Positions 40,701-54,300 of a DNA stretch of 64,000 nucleotides are shown in pieces; position 1 is the stretch's first letter, and every line of letters begins with the position of its first letter. Source of the stretch: Phoronis australis (lineage: Eukaryota; Animalia; Phoronida); the NCBI GenBank assembly GCA_002633005.1, contig NMRA01000684.1, positions 62,001 to 126,000 on the forward strand, given 5' to 3'. The notes beneath the pieces were generated by a model. The model saw only the letters and a list, made by a program, of their open reading frames with translations, did not search any database and was not told the DNA's origin. Both the position numbers and the translations under genes were made by a program.

Positions 40701-43700
40701 TTTTAAGAGTTAACTGTCCCCAATGACCGGAACACCCGAAAATTTGCTTCAAATCGTAACGCAGAAATGTGAACTTTTGAAAAATACTGATTTCATGAAA
40801 AGACTGTTGAATTTAATTTGCAGGAAAGCGTGTCTCAGATTTTTTCCGTCGAACAATGGAGACATCGGCCATCAAATTCCCGTCCAAAGTCTCTTTTGAC
40901 AACTGATATCACCGTTTTGGAAAGTAACAAACATGTGCGACGACCTTCTCTGTAATATAAGTGTGAAATTTTTGTGCAAATTTACCCTCGATGTACGTTT
41001 AAGCCGCCAAAAGCGTCCAGAATCAAAAGGCTTGAACATGGCCAATGATTATTTTCCACCGTGCACTTGAACTGAAGTCAGTAGTAGTCGTTCCAAACAA
41101 CTTGCACAATAAGGCGTTTAAAGCAATAAAATTTGATTTCGTGTCAGGAAGATCTATCAATGACCGACTACGAGTAAGGAAAAAATAGCGGGTGCCCCCT
41201 AAACAAGTTTTTCATAAAAGCTCCCTACGAATAGGACCCTTTTGTTCTCACTCTTCCAATTTCTCATCAATGACGTCATCAACCTTACTCGGTCACGATG
41301 AAAGATTTGACGTACCTCACGAGCTGTTCGTGTTCAGAATGTGTCGTAAATGTACATTGCTAACAAAATTCAGACCACAACAAAACGTTGGTTCCTGTTG
41401 CAAGGCACTGAATTTCTACCGGCAGTTCTACGAATTCGCAAAATCGTATAACTGAATCGGCTCATCTTTTTGATGAGCTGTGATACTCAGGTTTCCCCCT
41501 AAGGCTTCAGGCCGTGTTTTTAATGCACGCCTACTCAGTAAGCACATCCAAGAACTTGTTGAGTTATCGATTGAGAAGCAAGTAATCGCGGAAGTGTGAA
41601 TTCTTTGTTCCACACGCCATGCATAATAATCCCCGTACTTTCAAAAACAATGGTTACTTTAATGTTGTATTTTAAACTATATAATGTTTTCATAACCGGC
41701 GATTATCATAACCCGTCAGCTTCTTACAAAACCCTGGCTAGCAGAACACTATAGCGGCTTTACTTTCCGTTCATTATTTTAAACAAGCCAATTAAATCTT
41801 TATTCATTCTGATCCTCAACATATGATAACACATTTGGTTCTGAAGTCAATTTAATTGTGACGAGTGGTTTTCAGTTTTACACATTGTGAACCAATTATC
41901 AAAGTGGTCGAGTGCTTCTCTGAGTTTTATTGCAATAAAGAATAATTATTCTACTCACATTTTTGTTTATTAATTTCCTATCAACGCTAACTCCCATTTA
42001 GTGACCGACATTCGATGTAAAATCAAGAAAGCTGAAAAGTACTCTAAGCTATTTATCAAATAATTGGTGCCCACGTTTGTCAATAAGTGATTTAAGGTGA
42101 CAATATAGATGACAAAGTTCCGTATTTGAGAATCCATGACCTCATCGGTCGCAATTTCAATACTGCGCTAGGAGAGCTAATGGCCAAGTTTCGTGTTTTT
42201 TCAACAAACACGCCTATTTTCAGTCGACAAAATTAAATTTCACTGACAAAAGTGGGCGGCCTCACATTCACGACTAATACAAATTCATTGCCAAGAGTGC
42301 CACGTGACCTTTATTCCCCAGAATACGACGAATATAAACAAATGCAGTATATCAAGTTCACGACCTTCCTCGTGGAATAAGGTAAATATCCTGCTTTCTT
42401 TAAGAACTTATAATTCTACATATAACGATCATGCTGAACAAGTCATGCCCGAACAGATAACATCGGGATGGGGACTCCTGCAAAAAAAGGGCCCCGAGTA
42501 AGGCCAAGCTAGAGAAGGCGGAAATTGAAATGTTACTGACCTCGACGATCGATCAGACTTGTTATTTTTATTTGGCGAACTTACCGATTCAATATAAAAC
42601 CTTGGCAACTTAGCTGACGTTTCGTTTGAACTCTCCTAGTGCCCACTATGTCCGCAGACGGAGCGTCTGATTATATCGTCTGCCTTTTGTATAACGTTCC
42701 TTCGTTTGTCTCAATTCTCTTTTTTGGGCAATTCATTCTCTGTGGACGTCTGCCTCTTTGTCCCGATGACAGAGATGTGTCCAAGACCGCTATCTAGATT
42801 ACGACCAGTACCGTTTAGCGGTTGTAGTCGAAATGTGAGATGAACAAACAAATATAAGCACCCGCTGAGCGAAGTTCGAGTTGAGGCTGATTGATAAGTT
42901 TTTTCCACATTTTAGGAGACATTAAATAAATGTTTCCGGCGTAATTGCTACAGAAAACTAAGATACGTGGCTTTGGGTATTTCTTTGTACCCGGATCAAA
43001 GATGATGATTTGTCTCGATGTAATATACAAAAATTCGATTTAATTAGAATTTTATCCGTATTTTTTGTCAAACACGGGTCCATCGACTAATAGGGTGATC
43101 GGCCTCAATTTCAGTTAAATTCTACCAAATGGCTGGACGAGCGAACGTCGAGCATCGTCGATTTCCAATGAAATCACAAAAACATAACAGATTTTGCTAT
43201 TTTCTAGCTCTGATCAAAGCCATTAACTTCAATCAATCCCAAAAGTGAGCTTTCGACCCCCTAAAACCGATTGTGTCTATTTAATCTTTTTCATTAGTCT
43301 CTTGTCCTAATTTCCATCGATTTCTCTTCCACTTACATTCGCATAACCGTAATGTCTCAATTACAGATTTGATAAGATTGCCAAGATTGCCTGACGATAC
43401 AGCCCAAGTAACTATGTGATTCAACGGGGTTATAGCTGAACGACTCTACACGTAGTGTAATGTGCAACAAGGGGAATTTATGACGTGAATTTATCCTAGT
43501 GTTTATTCATTACGTATCAGGAGGATGGGCAAGGTTGCTGATCTACTGAAATTCCATTCTTGTGGAGCGAATTTTATTTTTTATCTTACGTACTACAAAT
43601 TGTCACCTAAATCGAAGTGAACGTTTTGTTTACTGGTGCAATCTGTAGGCCTACTGTTTTCATGTGGAGTACGTTTTACGTGTATTGTTTTACACCGGTT

Positions 43701-46239
43701 GAGAACTTTTGAGGAGCACGTGTTGAAATTAACGTATTTAATTAAAGGGCAATGTGAGGTACCTTGTTGTAGGGCGCCACACCAATCCATCGTCTCACCG
43801 TGGTCACCTTTCTCGTACCACATGTTCAGGCACGGTCGCCCATTGACTGTGAGCGTACCTACTCTGTTATTTGTATCCGTTCTCAGCCAAAATCTATCTA
43901 TTTTTAATTAATGGGCTCGGACAGATCCCTGGGGACAAATTTGATTCGAATTATCACCGCAAGTACCCTGCTCTTTTCCAACACATGCATAACCTACTGC
44001 ATGTATCTTATACGCACGTATTTAGCCGCATGCGCCTGTATGCGAAGCTGACGGCTTTCTTCTGCAATTAGGTGTATGCGCCTAAATGCGACACATTTGA
44101 GTAAAACCAAATGAATTTAGCTTAAGTATTACAGAATTGTTGACATTAACTCGTATTCACTTGAAAGTACGTCGTATGCATGCGCTTGAATGCACATGAA
44201 ACTCTAGGACAAAATGTTGTTTGAAAAACCGCAATATTTTGCATGTGGGTGCATCGGACTAAATATTCGCATGTAGGGTATTGCATAAGTTAGGTGTCAC
44301 TTAAAGGTGATATCGCATTCAATATTATTTTAGGAAGGGACGATCCACTAAACTGATACGTGAACGAACGCTGTCACAACCTAATTGCAGGTTACATAAA
44401 CACTGTTGTTTATGTTTACGTTTTTAGAAGAGTACCGTAAACAGATAACTAGGTCACAAGCCAAGTGCAAATGCTAAAAATAAGACAGCTGTTTTTGCCA
44501 TTCAGCCGATTTTAGAGGCAACCGGCGTGGGTATCTGTTATTGCAATACGTTACGTACTTTTTACAAATAATCTCTTCTCGAATAAAGCATTTGCAGCAG
44601 TAGACTGGAGTTGGAGTAGTGGACAGTCTCTATTTCCAAGTTGTTTCATGTATTTTGATACTGGGTCACTGTATGCGACTTCAGCCAGAGACCAAAAAAA
44701 CAGAACAGTGTGTGTCAAACTGCCCAGGAACATTAAATACTCGAGATGTTACGGAGAATTTCACTTGTACCTGAATAACACAAACGCTTGATAACCGAGC
44801 TCACGCAGTGGAAGGGTACACATACCGTCCACCTCTGTGCTTCTAAATTCTAGCTACGCCTCCCAAGTCGTCAGAGTCCCAGACTTGCAAACATGGGGGC
44901 GCGGAGACCTAACTCCAGTCCTTGGGAACTAGTTTCTCATCCGAACAGATGCCCGGAACTCAGGAGTTAGGGATCGCCGGCTCCATAGAGACTGGTTACA
45001 GAATATGGAGCATTTTTAACGCGTGTATGAAATTAAGAGTGCGGGTTTGGTGTTTTGTTGATCCCCGGGGCGCGCACATGACGGGATCGCTCGTTTGGTT
45101 ATTCCGACATCAGCTTTACTGTTATCATTTTCTAATTCTTTACGAACAATAAAAGAAGGTAGCACGGGAAAAGCGACAACACCCACGGGCTCTTCAGAAA
45201 ACTTAAAAATACAAGTATAGGACGCCTTGCACTGTGAAAAGGTCAAACTTCTCACTGTAGGCGCGCCTTGGCGTTTTTACCGAACACTATTGGCTTTTGA
45301 TTTTAGCCAAGACAGATATGTGACCATGACAAGCCAAAGTTATTTTTTGTCTTTTGCATCTTGTCTTCTGTCTATTCGAGCGCATTCAGGATTTCTGTTT
45401 TTTTGACAAATTTTCTGATCGACTTACAGCCTTAGCCTGTTTTGTGAAGCAGGCCAACCATCCGTCGACTGGTTTTTGGCCGGAAGTCGAAAGACTTCGA
45501 GAAACAGGCCAACCAGTAAAAGTGATCTTCAACCCAAAGAGACGCCATCATCTTATATAACTCTATTCGACAATACAGAGCTAAGTGTTACGAGCTACTC
45601 AAAACCGTAGTACTCTAGATGTGTTGATTGGCATTATTATGGCACAGGTGAATGTCCAGTAGCAGTGGCGCTTGTTGCCGTCTTTAAATCGTTATTAAAT
45701 GTCATGGTCATAAACAAACATGAACGTCGTTACTTCGCAGAAATATGAAATAAAAAATAACCCCGTTATCCAGTTTTATTCTTGCGACATATTTAAAGTG
45801 GGTTAACGATAGATTTGTGCGGTATCATTAGTATAGTACCTTCTCGTTAAAATGAAACAAGTAATCGGGAAATTGGAAAATCAACTTGTATGCGTGATTC
45901 ATGGAATGGTTTCCTCTCTTGTTCGGGAACTATGAAGTATTTCTGTATACGCAATTAACCATCACAGTGTCCAGCATTCACAGGCCTTCGTTATATAGTA
46001 AGAAGATACAATTTCCCGCCGTTTTCATAAAATAATTAGACTGGCATTTCCCACAAAAAACGAGGTCGTATATCCAGTTAGTCAGTTTATTGACCACAGA
46101 GTGTGTGTACAAATTAAAACACAATGCACTCGATCAGCAAGCATTCCGATCACTTAATAATGTAATAACAGTGAACAAAGCACTCAATGGCATAGCTATG
46201 AACAGTCGTAACAAAAGGATCCTATTTCTACTACTTAAT

Positions 46240-46830
46240 TAACCTTATTAATAGTAGAACCATAAAACTCCGTCTTTTGAAAATTCTCGATGATCACAGA
46301 ATCATATATCAAATAGTGTCTAGATATTTGTAATCACAATTTATAAAAAAATCTTGATTTTCACCGCACGAAGATCGTCGTAATCCACAAAAACATCTTT
46401 TTCACATGAAACTTGCTAATTCTGTTTCTTCGTTCTATAAGCTACAAGAATGTCCAGGATTTTCAACAAGACCATTTAGCCTGAGAACTCTGCTGTAAAA
46501 AACGAAGACGTCAACATTCTTTGAAAAAAGTGTTCGTGGAAAATACTCTCAGAGAAAAATTGAGATTTTCTTTAGGAAACGCGCAATCATGCACAATTGA
46601 TAACTGCTTTTGAGTACATAACAAGATTCTGTGCTCATCAAGGATTTTAAAAATATATTGTTTTATGGGTCTACCATCAATACTAAAGTTCTTTAAGAAG
46701 TGCAATGCTATGTAACGAAGGTAATCCATTAACATAACTTGCGCCAAACCTAATTCGTTGTTATATATGGTGTATTTAAACACCCACTTAAACAAACAAA
46801 GATAATATGTGATTAGTGGAATCATTATGG
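46240..46830 (-). mobile_element. Decayed L1/Tx1-like ORF2 C-terminal remnant
   Basis: KQYIFKILDEHRILLCTQKQL...CAF.KE...FFKEC resembles 'FQFKILHRIL.TN..L...CTFC..E.....LF.EC'. Confidence 0.45.
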
Positions 46831-47099
46831 CGTCTTACGTTTAAACAATTAGACTAATGACGGTTTACAGGTTTACAGGGGAGTAAGTTGAGGCAAAACT
46901 ATAAACATCAAACTCCCACTACCCGTTTTTCAAATCTTCGGTAACAGCGGCAAAGCATGAGACAGACACACACTTTGGGGTAGAGTGACAAATAGACACA
47001 GGGTAATTGACAGAAATGTCGGGCTAACACTCATTACCACCAGATGGTTCTTTCAACCTCCTCCACAGGCCACACCGGCTGGCCTATGCAGACAAGAGT

Positions 47100-47400
47100 A
47101 CCACGTTAGGCAATGGTTATGTCTTACAGTTAGTCGTATACTTTTCTAACCGTGCGGTTTCCCTATCAATAGTCTTTGTGTTTAATTCTTAGTAAAATAC
47201 ATTAACCTACATTTTAAAATAAACTCGCATTGTATCTTTTTTCATTGTAGGTGTATTTATTTCTGATGTTATTTATATTGTTCTTCTTACTTGTTAATAT
47301 CTGTTTAATGTATATTACTGGGTGGTCAGCTATTAGCGGCCCCTGCCTTTGCTGGCCACCCAGTCATATAACAATGTGTTTTTAAGATTTAAAAATAAAA
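47100..47400 (+). mobile_element. CR1/L2-clade LINE 3' end remnant
   Basis: FSNRAVSL/NSL...TF/KNKLALYL (frameshifted), T-rich UTR, 14-bp stem ACTGGGTGGTCAGC/GCTGGCCACCCAGT (47317-47364), then AATAAA. Confidence 0.55.
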
Positions 47401-47790
47401 GTTTCTCTAAAGGCCAGGAGGCCGAGCGGCAAAAACTTTTTATTTTCGAACACCCACCCAGCCGCCGTCTAGTTGGCTATCTTTTCATAACCTTTAACAC
47501 TATACAAAGTGGCCCGATTTGATTGGCATTAAGTTACTAAAATAACCTTCGCCTCAAAGCCATCTACTTTGTTTGTTTCATGTGGCTGGGAAATCTCCCA
47601 TAGAAGAGGTTGTCGGTGATATGCTGCAAGCGTGGGTGACTGCCCTGAATTTTTGTGAGCAATTTCTGTTTTGCTCCCAGGTATGGGTGTCACCTCATCA
47701 GTGTCATCCAGAACTCGCCAGGTTTTGTATGCGTAAACATTAACAAAGACTTTATATAGAACCTAATTTCTCCAGACATAATTTCAACAC

Positions 47791-47813
47791 CGCGTGCGTG
47801 CGTGCGTGCGTGC

Positions 47814-47853
<40 letters not shown>

Positions 47854-47860
47854 GTGTGTG
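47791..47860 (+). repeat. (GCGT)n(GT)n microsatellite
   Basis: Directly visible. Confidence 0.97.
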
Positions 47861-47899
47861 AGAATGGCGCGTGAAAGTCCTTCCCCCCCGCTCCCCTTT

Positions 47900-48051
47900 C
47901 CCGTTCCCGGTACATTTTATATTGCCTTAGATATCTATTAGTTGCTATTATATACTTTTGTAAAAGCCAAAACTGAGGCACCCAACCTCCCAACCTCAGA
48001 CTGGCTAGGTGATGTTGTCTGGGCAATAAATGTATTAAAAAAAAAAAAAAA
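47900..48051 (+). mobile_element. Poly(A) retroposon 3' end
   Basis: ...TCTGGGCAATAAATGTATT followed by an A-run; same terminal signature as the 2502-2645 insertion. Confidence 0.6.
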
Positions 48052-48268
48052 TCCAACCAAGGCACCACCAACAGTCATAAAACTAAGAAATCTATTTTAT
48101 AGAAGCTGTTACATAAAAATATTCAAAAGCAGCACTGTTTCATACAAGTCTGGTTGTGGAGCAATTGCCAACTGCAGTCTGCAATGTGTCTATCCTTATA
48201 TCACTGAGCTGGGCACAGGAAGTACAGTGAATACTTCCAGTGACCACGATGAGGCCTAGCACTCCCAG

Positions 48269-48328
48269 CTAAAGAGATGAACTGAAGACCAGTCCTTCAA
48301 ACACTGGGCAAATGAAGGCACAGTTTTC
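48269..48328 (-). CDS. Putative terminal exon (ENCAFICPVFEGLVFSSSL*)
   Basis: Acceptor AATAG (weak pyrimidine tract), phase 0, TAG stop at 48271-48269. Confidence 0.45.
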   Translation of the reverse strand, partial: ENCAFICPVFEGLVFSSSL

Positions 48329-51300
48329 CTATTATTTAATATGTAGAATATCGAACAAAGTTCCCCTACAGAAAGCTAACAATAATTTAAACCCATTTAC
48401 TACATTTCATCCCAACATTATTTGTTCCATTTTAACAGTACAACCGCTTTCTAACAAGTTAAGCTCAAAATAAGTTCATCAAGCACAATTTGAAAACGTT
48501 TATTTTTTACAAAGTGAGCCAACTTTTTGATGTCTGTGTCATAATAATAATAATAAGACTTTTTTCCACTTTTATGTGCTCTTATTTACAAACTATTGAA
48601 ATTTATTATCAACAGATTCTCCCCTCCCATCAGGTCACATTTTGAGTTGACCCTCAGTGGTCATCCATTCACCCAACTACCCCTCCCCCTCCCACCAAAT
48701 ATTACCCCCTCACTCATCACTTCCGAGTCAATAAGAACAAAGCCGCACAAAATAATGCTTCACAGAGTGGACATCAGCTGCTCATCGAGGGGGTACAGTC
48801 ACTCTTGTTGGACCCAACGTCTACAGACATGTTACTTGAACTCCCAGTTGTTTCCTACGCCTATGTGTACAACACTGAGGCACATGCGGGTTATTACCTG
48901 TGTCCATGACAACCCGAGCTCAAGATTTGAATACAGAGACCCGTATTGGGTATGCATTCGAGTCAAACAATCTCTCAGAATTTTCAGCAACTCATGTCTG
49001 TGAAGCCATGTGCTGTCGACACTTAGACTGCTTTCCAACTCTTCGATCAAGTTTCGTCTGTGATCAAGAGGGAATATGAAGACAATGGTTTTGTACATTC
49101 GCAGCAATGCTGTGCCCATAACTAGCACGCTAAGACATCTCTTCACTTCAATCTCCGCTCTCAAACCTAGAATTGGAAGAAATTGATGGACTATTTATTA
49201 CAAAATGATAAACATCTTTTCTATACACAGGTAAATACACCATAATTCACTATATAGTCAGGCAAGTCTAATGAAACATTCAGCAACAACTATTTTACAG
49301 TGCAAAATTATTGATCAGATAATACTAATCAAAAGGAACATGTCTTAAAGTGTACCATTGCTTTGAGGTCCAGGATAAACCAATAACTTAACAAGAATTC
49401 TGCGCCCAAGGCACCACCTGGGCCAGTAAACTTGCATTAGAAGTTCCGCATTCATATCACATGTCTGGGTTTTATGATCCACGCATGATTTATCCACCAT
49501 TCTAGGCCAAGAGTTCTCATCTCAAATGTAAAAATATTCCCATTTTGAAGGCAGGGGGAATTGTTTTGAACTCAAGGCAATACTCAACCTCTAAAGAGAT
49601 GCTCAAACATGGAGTGAATGATCACAGTACATTACACAAATCAACTGGATACACAGAATGTAATCTGTATATGGATGATAATCTACAAGTGAGATGAACG
49701 ACCCTTACCAAGTGACTTGACACCAGCAGAGTTGAGAATCTCACACAGAGTTAGCCAGGTGTTGCCAACAGTTTGAAAATCTGCATCACTGTTACATTTG
49801 TTCTAAAATATAGAACAGCTCAGTAACTTTTATAAAGCACGACAATTAAATAACGAAGTCGTGTCATAAGTCATTCTTAGTATGCTTGAAGATGATAGTT
49901 GGAATGACCAATATTGGCTGAATTCAAATGCTGCAGCAATATATCCAAATAAAGACTGTCAGAAGAAAACAGGATTTTCCATGTTTACATATACACACAT
50001 TCCAAGTAATTTCTATAATCAAAATGAATTCAATTTAAACATCTTTTATGTACCGGTGCCTTGGATGATCTATTTGAGAATGAAAACCATCTTCTATCAC
50101 GAGATGGAAATGTTTGAGACAAACATATTGTGTGGTGGAATGACAGGGTTTACAACTTTCATTTTAGTTGACGAGAGTGAAGAAAATATCCCTTTGTTAA
50201 ATAAAACCCCTTTTCAATGGTTTATTATTAATAATTAAATGCAACATTAACAATTAACATTTATGTTTACAAACTGATGTATCGATGATTCACTCAAAAT
50301 GTCACATGACACTGAGGGTGAGGCTACCCATTTCTAACCATCAGATTTGCATGATTCAGTGCCAGAAGATGCTCCTAAACCTACCAGTGCTTTTGCCATA
50401 GCAAGTACATCGTCACTGAGTTCCAGGCGATTGCAGTACTTGTCTAGAATGATGGTTTCTTCCAGAGACCATCTTTGCCACTTTTCATACAAAGATGAAC
50501 CTGTTCAAATTGCATCAAGCCATAAGAAATGTCAATGAAGAGAGCTCCTGGAAGTCATGCACCAGTTTTAGGCAGAGTTGTGTTGTTGATTATATGTTGA
50601 AATATTTCAATATTTTAAAGGGTTAAACAAACTCACAAATGACTCAGACAGCTTATCATTCTGAAATTTGTCTGGACTTACTCCTCTTGCACAGTGCATG
50701 ACATGCTATTATATATCACAACTGTAGGGGCTTGTCTCGAGCAATAACGACTCAAACTGTCAGTTGGAAGCCTAGGAATCACCTATAACTTGATAAGGAA
50801 CATTTTGAGACAAATTTCATAGTGGTAAGATGTTTGTGTCAAAAGTCAATTTTTGTGACTAAAAAGGGCTCAAATTTAAGCAATTAGGTTTTAAAAGTTT
50901 CCATGACACTTTCTTCTAGTTTTCAGGGTTTTGTTTCATGCTAATATGTAAATCTAGCACTATAACAAAACTAAATATCTGCCGTAAGCACTATTTCAAC
51001 CCATTTCCGTAACAAATACCTCACACAATATTAACAAAAACTAAATACCAGTATCTGCCGTAAGCACTATTTCAACCCATTTCCGTAACAAATACCTCAC
51101 ACACTGATCAGCTGACAGACAACTGGGTCATGACCAGGAAACATACACTGAATGATCCCATCAAAGTCCTGCATATGTATTCATAAATTTCAAATCAACA
51201 ATAAAAATTACCCAGCCATTGATCCTTGATACCTGGTTGTCACATTCAGTTCATGTGACGTCACACCATCTGATGGTACATGACATAGTATTTTTTAGTT

Positions 51301-54300
51301 TTTCGGTGTTGTTACTGGGTTCAGTGGTGCAGCCACAACATTCTTTCAGTGCAGCCATTGTGTTGGGGCATCTAGCCATGATAGTACTGTTTCTACCGTC
51401 TGAATAGTGGTTTACGCGCATGTGCAATTTGGGATTTTTTTGGAAAGTTTTTCCTGTACTGTGGTCAAGAGAAAGCTTTTCAGAGATGAGACAAAAATTA
51501 CAACTTTGGATTTTTCAAGTCAATTTCATTTTTTCATTCCATTGTGTATGAAAAATCTAAGGGCACATTGTCAACCTTACATCAAAATACAAAATATCAA
51601 ATCAAAAATTCAAAATTAAGTACTCGTGGCCATGGCGGGACATGTTTAAAAGGTATGACAAGAATAAATATAACTTGAAAATAAATAAATACAAAGTACT
51701 GGTCAAATATTACTTTAAACAATATCAAGAGTGACGCAAAGCATTGATATGCACCCACCTGGTGCAACACAAATGGCAAAGATATAAGGGCACTGACTCA
51801 TTTGTTTAAATATTTCCATGCACAAGAGTGGAGGGCACTTATTGAACTTAAAACTGAGACTACAGGAGGCAGTGTTAGTTATCTGAAAATTGGCAAACGT
51901 AATCCTGATAGATATTGGGATTGAAGCCTGAAATTATCACTAGGGGGAACTGCAGCAGTCAGATACATTCAGTAAATGATTCCAGTCATGTTAAGCTTAA
52001 GGGAAACTCGTTTGTCATGAGGATTGCTCAATGGATTTTGCAGGTAGAGAGGTGGACACCAAAAGAGAATAATTACCATGACAGTATTAACTAATAACAC
52101 TGCTACTAGGGGGCACAACTTTTAAGCTGGCAATTACCAAAATGCAGAAGCCTAGGGTAGATGTCTCCTTGTTAAAATCTTTTCTGCCAAATTTCATGAC
52201 AATCTTTGATCAAAGTTGGGGGACATTGAGACAATCACAAAAACGTTGCCATTGCAGACACGTTTCCATCAATATAATAAACACATTCATCAAATTTCAT
52301 AAGAATTCTTCAAACCATTTACCAGGTAAAACGGCAAATGTTCAAAATAGACACCAAACTATTAAAACTACAACTAAGTCAACTAAGTGGTGCACAACAA
52401 GCCAAAGTCCTTCTTGACAGAAACACATTTGTCAAATTTTATGAGGTTCCATCCAGGATCTTGCTAGGTACAAAGCAAGCACAAAAAGGTATAATTGCCA
52501 CAAGAGGGCAGGGCAGTAACTGGATACGTCTGAAAGTCAAAATAGGCCATGTCCTCACTAACACGGATACACACACGCACGCATGCACAAAGTTCCATGA
52601 CAATCCTTCAAGAACTTGGTTGCTACAGAGGTTTGCGCAAAATAAATAAAATTACCAATAGGGGGCACAGCAGTAATGCAATACATCCAAAAACAAAGTA
52701 ATATATGAATCATACTCTCCTCACTAGAATCATATCTGTAAGTTTCAAGATAGTCCTTTCACCAAACTTTAATTTGATAAATATTGAGGCAGGTGCAAAA
52801 AAGTGCCAGTAGGGGGCAGGGTGGTAATCAGATGTGTCCAAAAATCAATGTGCCTCATGCTCTCACAAATGGCAACAAATTCCACGAATTTCATCAAGAT
52901 CCATCAAAATGTTTGCTATATACAGATACAGACACAAAAAAACTACAATTGCCCCTAGAAGGCACACATCAACAAAATGCAGCCACATGAAAATTGTCCT
53001 GTGACAATGGCTCTACGATACAAACATTTTTCTAATCCATCAAGGGACTTGGCAGATATAATATATAAACAAATACTGCAAAAAATCAAATTGTCACAAA
53101 GTAGCTGAATTTGTGTGAAAGCCGTCCTCATCCGTCAAGAAGTGCATATGAACATAGCTGCCAAATTTTAAGATTAGTTCGTGTTCGAGGTTTAGAAGAT
53201 ACAGGCTGCAGATCCAATATGTACTAAATCTGATGCAGGATGGACAAATGGATACAAGATGGACAGATGCCAGACAAAAATAATGGCAACATGTAAACAA
53301 CATAATAACCAATACGAACATATTCAAAGGATTAGAATGATATCACAAATCTAAGTCTGGTCAGCCTGCCATCAATTGGCCACATCACATGACCTAAAGA
53401 ATATAAGTCTGAAAGGATTTCTGTCTGTCTGCACATTGCTTCCAATTTGTTCCTTGCTTTAAAGTAAACATTACAACATACCATCTCTTTTGGTGCCAAC
53501 AGGAACTAGATTCTTGTACTGTGACGTCTGCTTCTCAAAGAATGGGAAACATGGCCGTAAAAGGTGCCCAAAACGCTGACTGTCGAGCCACGCGCAGGTC
53601 AGAGTGTCTGACTTAACAGTGACAGTGGCGGAACGGGGCTGGTGGTAGAGAAGTGAGACCTCACCTGAAAACAGCAGAGCTCACATCATGTACACACTGG
53701 TCGGCATACAGATCAACATTGCTCAGGAACAGGCAGACAATATGCAAAGCACAATCCTACAAAGTAATGCTAAATGCCATATATGCAGGTCATCTCAAAA
53801 ATGAGCACAAAGTTGTAATACAGTACCAGGAAATGGTTTTACTAACCAGATCCTTTGCTTTAACTGCAACTCGAATCATAAATGAACCAACTGCATGACA
53901 CGCTTAAAGTAAAATTAGAAATTTTGTAGCCGGTCTCAAATTGAGCAGCGTGAGTCCGAATTGAGTTTGAGTTCAGAAATTATACACTGGCCCCAGGTGT
54001 TGCCCTGGTTCCAATAATTCCAAACTTGCTTTGCAACGAATTAAGACAAGTGCCACACAGCTGACTCTATTTGCAGAGAACAGTTCAGCTCTAGCACAGA
54101 ACACAAACAGTATAGCCTAGCTCCAGTGCAGATGTTGAGGAGTCAGACAAGCTGGTGTGCCAAGGCAATGAAGAACTGACACAACATGTACTGTTTTGTG
54201 ATTCCGGTGTTCGGTCTGAATTAGCATATAGCCGACCTAGAAGGAGAAGTGTTACATCGCTGCTGCATTCATCCGTTGACCCCCAACACGTTCGATGGGA

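Noticed and set aside
38000-46200. Additional gene between the two main genes
   Set aside because: Only short ORFs with no motif or consistent exon chain that I could find by eye.
51212-51253. In-frame TGA as possible selenocysteine read-through
   Set aside because: Read-through ends in phase 0, incompatible with the phase-1 next exon; no SECIS seen.
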